In this document: one piece after another, positions 32,800 to 41,572 of the stretch
Layout: every line of letters starts with the position of its first letter
How positions within the stretch are numbered: the stretch's first letter is position 1
Assembly (NCBI GenBank): GCA_963716725.1
Contig: CAVQUB010000022.1
Coordinates: 1 to 64,000 of the forward strand
Length of the DNA: 64,000 nucleotides
Source of the DNA: an uncultured delta proteobacterium
Lineage (GTDB): Bacteria; Myxococcota_A; Polyangia; Polyangiales; Polyangiaceae
Direction of reading: 5' to 3'
Notes under the pieces: model-generated
What the model was told of the DNA's origin: nothing
Databases searched by the model: none
Seen by the model: only the letters and a program-made list of their open reading frames with translations
Translations under genes and position numbers: made by a program

Positions 32800-33002
32800 T
32801 CAATCCCGGGATGCAAGAGATGGACCATGGTGCGCGGCCTGGCTGCGTGTCCCGTGCAACAGTCAACGCAACCGCTTGCTTCCGCCCGTCTGGGCGTCCG
32901 GTCTCGACGTGGGTCGTCGACCCTTAGCAGCGCGTCATGTGCCGCTCGCCTTCGAGTCCCGGGCGGCGCGTCGGGCTGAAGCCCCTGGACGCGTCGTGAC
33001 GA

Positions 33003-33026
33003 CATCTTGGCGCCCATCTTGGCAAA
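33003..33026 (+). promoter_or_regulatory. Putative integrase arm-type sites, right (CATCTTGGCGCC CATCTTGGCAAA)
   Basis: Tandem 12-mers about 80 bp inside the right att. Confidence 0.6.
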
Positions 33027-33164
33027 TCACCCCCGCAGCGGTTTTGCACGCGGCCAACCCCGCGCAATCACGGGCGCCGCACCCCGCCTGCCAAGACTCC
33101 GCGGAGTCTTTGAAAACCGCCGTAGGGCAACCTACCAGGGGTTCGAATCCCTTCTCCTCCGCCG

Positions 33165-33815
33165 CTGCTCGCCTTGTCGCCGGCGCGCACCGCGAGCCCG
33201 CCGCCGGTGCCTCCTGGCACGAAGGTCAGCGCTACGTCTGCGGCCAGCGCTAGCAGGTTGGTGCCGAGGTTTCTTCGTTGCCGAAGACGTTGTCCGCGCC
33301 GATGCGGTACAAGTCGTAGGCTACGAAGCCGATGTCGACGATGGTGTCGAAGATGCGACCGGAAGGGTCCACCTGAGTGATGGGGTCGCCGCCGCCGTAG
33401 CTGTAGGGCAGCAGTCTGCGCGGATCGCCGATGCCCTCCTCCGGCTCGAACACGGCGACCGGATCTGGGCTGACAAAGATCCCGAGCTCCGGTCGATAGG
33501 CGCGCGCGCCAAAGTCGCTGAGGCCTGAGCCTGCATCACGTTCCTTGCCCACGAAGGACCGCGGCTCCGCGCGTCCACTGTGAAAACGCTCGGCGCCATA
33601 GGCGTGGTAGGAGACCTGGCGGACCACGTCTCCCTTCGCGCTTGTCACCGCGAGAGGACTGCCGTGGAGATCGGCGTGGAAGAAGACCGCGGACGCCGGC
33701 ACCTGCGTGATCGGCTTGCCCTTGTCTGGGTCGTCACCGCCTCCGCACGACAGAACGAGTGCGGCCGCCGCGAGGCTGCTCAGATGTTGGTTGCGCGCAC
33801 GGCCGAACGCCGCAG
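33165..33815 (-). pseudogene. Fragment of a second RHS protein (lipobox-like insert, RHS core, pre-toxin segment; toxin tip missing)
   Basis: HADLHGSP..Y.AYG..FVGKERD..SGL.DFGARAY.PELG.F.SPDP..YSY...DPITQVDPSG. After a frameshift near 33270 it reads NLGTNLLALAADVALTFVPGGTGGG up to the att repeat. Confidence 0.8.
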
Positions 33816-34203
33816 CGTCCTTGGCGTGCTTCGTCCAGTGGCCCAACGCGTTCTGAACGGGTGTCTTTGCTGACGTGGACGTCCGGAGGGGCCGTTTCGC
33901 CCCCGCCCGCGTCACGACCCCCTTCACAACCGCGCGCACGCCATCCGCACCCGCCCGCAGCAGCTTCGGAGCCGCGCGTACTGCGGCGGGCAGCGCGCGC
34001 ACCAGCGCGATGCCGTCCAGCAGGGTGGCCGCGAACAGCAGTCCCTCCGCCGCGCCCTCAGCCCCTTTGCGGTTGAGCTGCTGCACTTCGCGCAACTCGG
34101 CGCTCGAGCAACCGCGCTGGGCTGTGCAGCGCTCGAGCTCTTGGTGGGCAACGAGACCGTCCGGCTCCCGCCCATCGCGGTCCACCAAGGTGCTCGGGTT
34201 GTT
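33816..34203 (-). pseudogene. Orphan RHS cassette 2 (shared pre-toxin segment plus truncated toxin tip)
   Basis: 304-bp repeat followed by AKRPLRTSTSAKTPVQNALGHWTKH, then an in-frame jump into a different RHS. Confidence 0.7.
33900..34203 (-). repeat. 304-bp repeat, copy 3
   Basis: Near-identical to 35074-35377 and 36522-36825, with a few SNPs. Confidence 0.95.
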
Positions 34204-34337
34204 TTGTTGCCCCCCCGTGCTTGCCGGCGCTTCACGGCGGGGCGTGCTCGCTTCGTTCCGCGCGCCCCGTGCCCCCAGGCGTCGTGCTCGGCCGCCGACG
34301 CTTCAGCGCGAACTACGACGCGCGGCCTGCGCGCGCC
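34204..34337. repeat. About 133-bp multi-hairpin element preceding orphan cassette 2
   Basis: Near-identical to 35378-35510; absent from the main RHS gene. Confidence 0.9.
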
Positions 34338-34388
34338 GCAGCGTGGTCAGCGGCGCGGGAGAGCTTCACCCAAAACTCGCGCAACGAT

Positions 34389-34745
34389 CTACTCGACGTA
34401 GTCCTCGAATTCCCAATGCCCCAGCCGAGACAGCTTGACCGCAATGGCTTTCCAGTCGGGCCCATCACAGGAGTCACAGAACTCACTGATATACGTGTGT
34501 ATCGATGAATAGTCGTATTGCTTCATGACAAGATGATGCCGCGGAAAGAAGACAGGCACGCTGGACAGTTGCTCCTCTACCCAACGCGGGCTGCACACCA
34601 CGATGTCAAAAGACTCTTCGCCAGCTCCTCCCAATGGGCCAATCATCGCTTGGACGAGCACGGCAAAACGGGCCGGGTCCTCCGGCACCAACTCGGCCAG
34701 ATCGTCTGCATCAGGGCTGTGAAGCCGCTTCAGTTCTGCCTTCAC
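34389..34745 (-). CDS. Imm8 family immunity protein
   Basis: KAELK.LHSPD, MIGP...GEESFDIVVCSP.W, RHHL and LSRLGHWEFEDY motifs; GTG start overlaps the toxin TGA. Confidence 0.85.
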   Translation of the reverse strand: MKAELKRLHSPDADDLAELVPEDPARFAVLVQAMIGPLGGAGEESFDIVVCSPRWVEEQLSSVPVFFPRHHLVMKQYDYSSIHTYISEFCDSCDGPDWKAIAVKLSRLGHWEFEDYVE

Positions 34746-35377
34746 GGTGCTACCGGCGCAGACACGATATCGAGGTGTCCATTGGACGTCCATCGACCAG
34801 AAGGCACGGCGCGCTGTTCGAAGTTCGATTGAACGCGACCCAGCTTGGGTTTCCAGGACGGAGGCCGAAACTGGCGAAGTCCGTTTGTGCTGATCAACGT
34901 CTTGCCATCGCTGGCCACCCTGGCCCCTTTTCCGACCCAAGCATGCCCGAGGCGTTCCGCCGTCGCCGCGTCCGCCGCCCCCAATCCGAAGTTTCCACTT
35001 CCCTTGGCCGCGTCGCGCAGAATCCCCATCTCTCGGGCGGCAGCTTCGCTCATCTTTCGCCGGCCTCCGCTGCCCCCCGCCCGCGTCACGACCCCCTTCA
35101 CAACCGCGCGCACGCCATCCGCACCCGCCCGCAGCAGCTTCGGAGCCGCGCGTACTGCGGCGGGCAGCGCGCGCACCAGCGCGATGCCGTCCAGCAGGGT
35201 GGCCGCGAACAGCAGTCCCTCCGCCGCGCCCTCAGCCCCTTTGCGGTTGAGCTGCTGCACTTCGCGCAACTCGGCGCTCGAGCAACCGCGCTGGGCTGTG
35301 CAGCGCTCGAGCTCTTGGTGAGCACCGAGACCGTCCGGCTCCCGCCCATCGCGGTCCACCAGCGTGCTCGGGTTGTT
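34742..35377 (-). CDS. Orphan RHS cassette 1: toxin C-terminal domain, BECR-like RNase candidate
   Basis: Shared pre-toxin segment followed by GNFGLG..WVG..DG..L.S..GLRQFRPP..Q.NFE..SNGHL. Confidence 0.7.
   Translation of the reverse strand, partial: NNPSTLVDRDGREPDGLGAHQELERCTAQRGCSSAELREVQQLNRKGAEGAAEGLLFAATLLDGIALVRALPAAVRAAPKLLRAGADGVRAVVKGVVTRAGGSGGRRKMSEAAAREMGILRDAAKGSGNFGLGAADAATAERLGHAWVGKGARVASDGKTLISTNGLRQFRPPSWKPKLGRVQSNFEQRAVPSGRWTSNGHLDIVSAPVAP
35074..35377 (-). repeat. 304-bp repeat, copy 2
   Basis: Direct sequence identity with copies 1 and 3. Confidence 0.95.
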
Positions 35378-35510
35378 TTGTTGCCCCCCGTGCTTACCGG
35401 CGCTTCACGGCGGGGCGTGCTCGCTTCGCTCCGCGCGCCCCGTGCCCCCAAGCGTCGTGCTCGGCCGCCGACGCTTCAGCGCGAACTACGACGCGCGGCC
35501 TGCGCGCGCC
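35378..35510. repeat. 133-bp multi-hairpin element preceding orphan cassette 1
   Basis: Stems CGGGGCGTGC/GCGCGCCCCG and AAGCGTCG/CGACGCTT; duplicated at 34204-34337. Confidence 0.9.
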
Positions 35511-35764
35511 CCGGAGGCACCGGCGGAGGGGGCGGCGCAGATGCAATCGACGAGAAATTGCGCGCCGTCCAGCGCCGTGGCCTTGCCTGCGACAAAGTCC
35601 TCACCCAACCCGTGGCCCCTGCCTCGGGTCGCTTCGCCCAGCGCTTTCCGTTCCTCACCGAGCGGTCCGGCGAAGGGCTCTGCCACGGATGTGCCGAGAA
35701 TCAAACTTGAAGTTCCCCTCGCGCGCGCCACGCTCGCCGCGGTCGTTCTTGCACTGCGCAGCCC

Positions 35765-36190
35765 TCATTGAAGCGATCTCATGAGAGCCACGCCCCGCTC
35801 TTTGGTGGCGTGCTCAAGACGGGCTCTCGTGAAACGTTCTTGATCGCCTGATAGCTTCTCGCGCAACTCGGCGATGACGGTACCCAACCGCTCCAGCACC
35901 TGCTCCAATGGTTCAGGCTCGGTCTTCGCAAGCACATCTTCAATCGCGCGCCAACCCATCGCGATCTCAACGTCGTCAAACTGGTAAAACTTCTCCGGAC
36001 AGCATATCGACGCAACGTCAAGAAACTCCTGACCTCGGTCTCTGACTATCTTCAGGAGGATCCCGTTGACGCACAGCACCACTTCGCCGTCGCCAAACTG
36101 GGATCTCTCCTCGTAGCTGACAACTTCAACAGGCTCGATACTGGCTGCTGCCGCAAGCCTCCGGGCCCGTGCTTCCAAGGACTCGACCAC
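35765..36190 (-). CDS. Putative cognate immunity protein of the main RHS toxin (141 aa)
   Basis: AGGAGG RBS right after the toxin's corrected stop; lower GC; FGD...L.IVRDRGQ.F motif. Confidence 0.72.
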   Translation of the reverse strand: MVESLEARARRLAAAASIEPVEVVSYEERSQFGDGEVVLCVNGILLKIVRDRGQEFLDVASICCPEKFYQFDDVEIAMGWRAIEDVLAKTEPEPLEQVLERLGTVIAELREKLSGDQERFTRARLEHATKERGVALMRSLQ

Positions 36191-36200
36191 GACACTCCTC

Positions 36201-39200
36201 CTAAGGCTTTGACATACGCAGGCCGTCCTCCGCGACCTGAAACCCCTGTGATTTCAGGTACTGCAACTCTCTGGCAAAGAAGCTACCAGCGCGCGCCTGA
36301 CTCAGCCGGGGTTGCCAGGACGATGTCGTCTCCTCTGGCGATCATTCGATCAAGAAACTTCCGGTTCGCTGCCCATTGTTGCGCGGGCGTCATCCTATCC
36401 CAAACCTTCGTTGGGACGTTAAAACGACGTGCACCCAGCTCAGTGGCCTTCTCGACGTACGCAGGGAAGTGGCCAAGTACCGTCTTGCCTGGCGCCGTTC
36501 CAGCCCCGGGCCCGCCCCTCGCCCCCGCCCGCGTCACGACCCCCTTCACAACCGCGCGCACGCCATCCGCCCCCGCCCGCAGCAGCTTCGGAGCAGCGCG
36601 TACTGCGGCGGGCAGCGCGCGCACCAGCGCGATGCCGTCCAGCAGGGTGGCCGCGAACAGCAGTCCCTCCGCCGCGCCCTCAGCCCCTTTGCGGTTGAGC
36701 TGCTGCACTTCGCGCAACTCGGCGCTCGAGCAACCGCGCTGGGCTGTGCAGCGCTCGAGCTCTTGGTGAGCACCGAGACCGTCCGGCTCCCGCCCATCGC
36801 GGTCCACCAGCGTGCTCGGGTTGTTGGCCGCGTATGAATACGCCGTGTGCGAGGGCGAGAGAGCCGCCACTCGCTCGGGGCTATCGAGCCACAACGGATC
36901 CGGGCTGATGAAGCCGCCAATGTCGGGCGAGTAGTACCGCGCCTCCATCAGGTCCAAGCCGACGCTGCGGTCGCGCGGTGTGCCGGCGAAGACACGGTTT
37001 TCGTCGGGTGCTTCGTCCCAGCGGGTCTCACCGAATGAGTAGGTCGCGCTTGAACCCTGGGAGACGCCGGCGCCGTTCGTGATTTCCGTGAGGGAGCCGA
37101 CGCGGTCGGATAGCAGCAACGTGTCGGCTGCGGTCAGAGTGACCACCGTACCTTCCGCATCAGGCTTCTTGTCTGCGTCTGCGCCGGAGCACGCGACCGC
37201 CAATCCGATCGCCATGGTCGCGCCGACCGCGCGCTGTAGTCGAGACCAGGAAGCGGCCGAAATTCTGTGGAAGACGCGCTTGGCGAGCAGCACCCCAAAC
37301 AAGATCCCGAGCGCCATCCAAAGCCCGTTCAAGAAGACGCGCAGCCTCTCGACCTTCTGCGCATGCGGCTTGGATGGCGGCGGCGTCGGGACGGCTGCGC
37401 CCGCAGCCGCCACGCCATTCGTTTCCGAGAGGCGTGCGACGCGCTTTCCGTCCACCACGAGGTAGCGTACGAGTTTGCCGTCCACGACCTCCGACCAATC
37501 GTCGAGGAAGTGCGTGGTGCGTGGCGTGCCGGACGCAGCGCGCTCAACTCGGGTGACTCGTGAGCCATCGGCGGCAAAGGTATTCTCGACAGTGGCGCCG
37601 CTCTTTGTCGTGACACGGACCACGTGGTTCGCTCCGTCCCACTCCAGCGTGCGCTCGCCGTCACTCACGAGGCGGCCCCGGGCGTCGTATGCCAACGAAC
37701 GACCCTGCTGCTTCGCAACGGCGTGTGGCCGCGAGGGCTCGTAGGCAAGGCTGCCAGCATTGAGTGCCGCAACGCTGCTGGTGCGCGACAGCAGGCGACC
37801 CGCCGCAGAGTACTCCGAGTTCGAGTGGCCCCAGGCGCCTTCGCTGCGCACCAAGCGGTACAGATTGTCGTAGCTGTACCGTACGCTCCGTGAGCGTTCT
37901 TCCGGGATCCCGCTGCGAAGATCGCTCTGCTCGGCCACGTTGCCCACGGCGTCGAGTGTCCAGGCGATGTGCTGCACAACTGCGCCATCCGGCAATACGA
38001 CTTTGTGAGCATTCAGACGACGGTCCTGGTCATATCCGAACAGTTCGCGCACGCCCGTGGAGTACTCGCGCACGGTCTCCGTCTCGTCCGCATCGTGGTG
38101 GAGGGTCACGGCGTCGCGACCGAGACCTGCCAAGAGTCCACGCCCGTCGTAGCGCAGCCGCACGCTGGATCCGTCCGGGTATACGTGAAGACTCTCACGG
38201 TCTTGGGCGTCATATTGCCGGCTCGTGTCGTATCGCTTCGTGCCGATCCGAACGCTGCGCTGCGCCACTCGCCCGCGTTCGTCATAGCTGAGCACCGTCG
38301 TCCCGCTCGGATCTTCGACCCGTGCCAAGCGCCCGAGCGCATTCGTACCTTCATCGAAGAATCGGGTCACCTCGGACTGTCCATCGCCGTCCCAGTCCTC
38401 GCGCACCGTGCGCCCCGCGAGGTCGTGTTCGAAGTGACTTGCCTTCTTGTCGGGATACCGGTGTTCAACCAGGTTGTCGGACGCGTCGTAGATGTAGCTA
38501 TGCGTGCCTGCATTGGGATCCTTGGCTTCAATTCGCCTGCCTCGTCCGTCGTAAGCGTAGCTGGTCGCGTGCCCTTCCGCGTCGATACGTTTCGCGAGCT
38601 CGCCGGCGACAGTCCAAGTGTACTTCTGGGCGACCGCACTACCGCCGAGGGTGAATTCTCGGCGGACCACACGGTCCTGCCCGTCCCGAGTTTCGACGAC
38701 GGGAGTGTGTTCGTATGGCGAAGCGGGATCGGCCTGAGAGGCGTCCCAGCTCCGGGTGACCAACGGGCCGTAAGACTGCTTGGTGACGCGCCCAGCATGC
38801 GAGCGTGTGCTGACAACTCGGGTCGCAGCGTCTCGCCAAGAGTCGTCGCCAGGTGATGGGTCGGCAAGTGCCTTCGAATCCACGAAATCCACATCGACCA
38901 AGCGCGGACGCAACTTCCGCCGGGTTTCCCCGCGAGCGTCGTGCACCGCGACTTCGCTCAAGACCCACCGGCCTTCGTCGGCCTCGAACAGCGTGGCACG
39001 TGGGCGATTCGCGCCGTCATGCACTGTGATGAACCGAGTAGCTTCCTCGCCGCCACTGACGATGCGGTTGGTCGTGATCACGCGGGAAATCGGCGCGGCG
39101 AGCTCGTAGGCGTAGCCGACGGTAGGGCGCTTGGCCGAGTCTCCTGGCCGGGCGATCCCCGTGATTCGCCCGAGAGAGTCATATTGATAGGCAGTTGCGA

Positions 39201-41420
39201 CGCCGTTGAAGTCTTCGAATCGAATGATCGCACCGAACCGTGCGTCGTATTGCACGCGCTGAGTCAGTCGACGCTGGCCCGTCTCCACATGCTCTGCGAC
39301 CAGCGCAACCCCCGCGTCGTCCCAATCGAAAGCGCGCACTCCACTCTTCGCGTCCCGCGTCTCCACCGGATTCCCGTGCGCGTCGTATTTCGATGCGACC
39401 ACCTCATCAAATTCGTCCAACCCCGGCCCGACCCACGCTTCTTGTCGCGTCAAGTCACCGCGGGTCAGTTTGCCCAAGGGCATGCCGACGAAGGGATCGC
39501 CATCGTAGTAGCTGCGGGTCATGCGCACGCGGGCGCCGCTGGCGTCGGTGAGCTCTTCGGTGGCTGGGCGGCCTAGGATCCACTCCGTGGCGTCGTTGGC
39601 GAAGGTGCGGACGGTGAGCGCTTCGTCGGTGCCGACTAGTTTGTCGCCGGCAACGACTTCACCCCAGCGGTATTCGGCGATCTGGTTGCCGTAGCTGTCT
39701 TCCTCCCACTCGGTGAGCGTGGTGCGGGCTGCGGAAGGGTCCGTGCCTTCGATGTATTCGACGCGCTCGCTGGATTTGTAGCCATAGCTGATGGGCGTGC
39801 CGTCCCCGGCGCTGGCCACGGTCTGCGAGGTGTATTCGTTCGCGGTGCGATCGAAAATCTGGCCCTGGTCGTTGCGACGTTCGTGGGTCAGCACGGCGCC
39901 GCGCAGGGAGCGCAGGGTGAGCCCCAGGTCGAAGCTGGTGTCGGTCAGAAGCGTGGGCGTGTATTCGTCGCCCAGGGCACGCTCGACGCCACCCGCGAAG
40001 CCGGCGAAGGTGCGCTCGACCGCGTCCCACGCTCCGTCACGGTACAGGTACTCGGTCGCCATCAGTGGATCGCCGAGGGACATGTCCGTCTCGACGCGGG
40101 ACACGACGGGCATGGCGATGTTCATGCGGGTGCTCCAGCCTTTGCCGGCGTCGCGGGCGCGGGCGGCGTGCTGGGCGGCGGGCTCGTAGCTGATGCGGGT
40201 GATCTTGCCCAAGCCGTTGTCGATGACCGTCATCAGACCGGCGCGTCCCTTGGGGAACAGCTCCAAATAGCGCCACGCGCTTTCAGGCGATCCGCTGGTG
40301 TCGACCCACACGATGTCCGTCGTGCCCGAGCCGTTCATGTCGGCGAAGCCCGCAAACGTGCCCGGCGCCTTGTTCGGTGTGCCGCTGATCTGGACGACGT
40401 CTGCGAACTGCCCGGCGGCGGTGGCCCGCGCCACGGAAACCTGGGTGACGCCGAGGTGCACCAGATCGACGAGGCCGTCGCCGTTCAGATCCACGAGTTG
40501 GTACGGATCGTCTTCGCTGAAGGCCGGCACGCCGCTCGCGGAGGCTGAGGCCTCGAACACGCCGCGGCCGCGGCCTAGCCAGTAGCTCAGGGCACCCGAG
40601 CGCAGGAATGCCAAATCGAGCAGCCCGTCTCCGTTGACGTCGGTGAGATGCGTCTTGCCGTTCGAGAAGCGAAGTTCTTGCTTCGGATCGATGACGCCGA
40701 TGGTCTTGGGCGACGCGAAGTCCTTGCCGCCGAGGTTTGTTCCGACCACGAGGCCGGCTGCGCTGGTCGCGACGAAGTCGATGCGTCGGTCACCGTCCAG
40801 ATCGGCGAGGCGAACGTCCGGATCCTCGAAGGACAAGTTCGGCACCGTCGGGATGGCCACGCTCGGCGACCAATGCGTGGCGTCGAGGCCGGGGAAGTAG
40901 CGGAACTGGCTGATCCCACTCTTGGCAACCAGATCGATGGCGCCGTCACCATCGAAGTCCGCGAGGCTCACACCCTGCTGTTCGAGGCTGACCGACGGCG
41001 AATCTGCCGCCTGCCAATCGACCGCGGGCTGCCAGCTCTTGCCGTCGTGGTTGACATAGCTGCGGAAGCTGCCGGCTTTGCCGACCAGCAGGTCGGGCAG
41101 ACCGTCGCCGTTGAGATCAGAGAGCGCGACGCTGGGCTCCACCGGCGAGCGACCAGGCGGCGAGGTCATGCTCACCAGCTCACCGCTCTTTGTCAGCTCG
41201 CCGCCGGTGTAGCTGTAGCGCAGCGTGGGCAACGCCGTTTCGCCGTCGGCGCCCACCAGCTGGATGCTCTCGAGTAGCGAGCGTGCGCCGGTGGCGTAGC
41301 CAAGTGCGTAGCGTCGAACCAGTTCGACGCCCACGCGTACCTCGATGTGTGCGAGGCGCTTTTCAAGACGCTGCTCGATACCGCTCGAGAACAGGACGTG
41401 CGAGTCGGGCCTCCGTTCAA
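36201..41420 (-). CDS. TcB/TcC-like FG-GAP + YD-repeat + RHS-core polymorphic toxin; 5'-truncated; frameshift near 36300
   Basis: Repeated D.NGDG..D FG-GAP motifs, YD repeats, ARYYSP..G.FISPDP and YSYAANNP..LVDRDG. The frame stays open upstream through ERRPD with no start codon. The tip continues in another frame as GSFFARELQYLKSQGF...KP* at 36201. Confidence 0.88.
36522..36825 (-). repeat. 304-bp repeat, copy 1 (within the main RHS gene)
   Basis: Encodes NNPSTLVDRDGR...VVTRAG. Confidence 0.95.
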
Positions 41421-41572
41421 TGAGAGGCCCTATCGGGCTCAGCGTCAGGCGATTGCGTGATTTCTCGCTACGTGATCGCGAGTCGCGACGCGCTCCATCG
41501 AGCTCGGAATAGTCCGCAACCCGCCTGATGACCGACCCGAGGGGGAGGGGAAATCACTCTGGAGGTCCGTCA

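Larger units (their letters stand above)
29398..33164. mobile_element. About 3.7-kb tRNA-Ser-integrated island with degraded integrase
   Basis: 56-bp direct repeat of the tRNA 3' half at 29398-29453 and 33109-33164, with 2 mismatches. Confidence 0.88.

Noticed and set aside
33109..33164. Second tRNA-Ser gene
   Set aside because: Only the 3' half from the anticodon loop onward is present; it is an att duplicate.
33900..36825. Diversity-generating retroelement template/variable repeats
   Set aside because: No reverse transcriptase in the window, and the few differences between copies are not adenine-specific.
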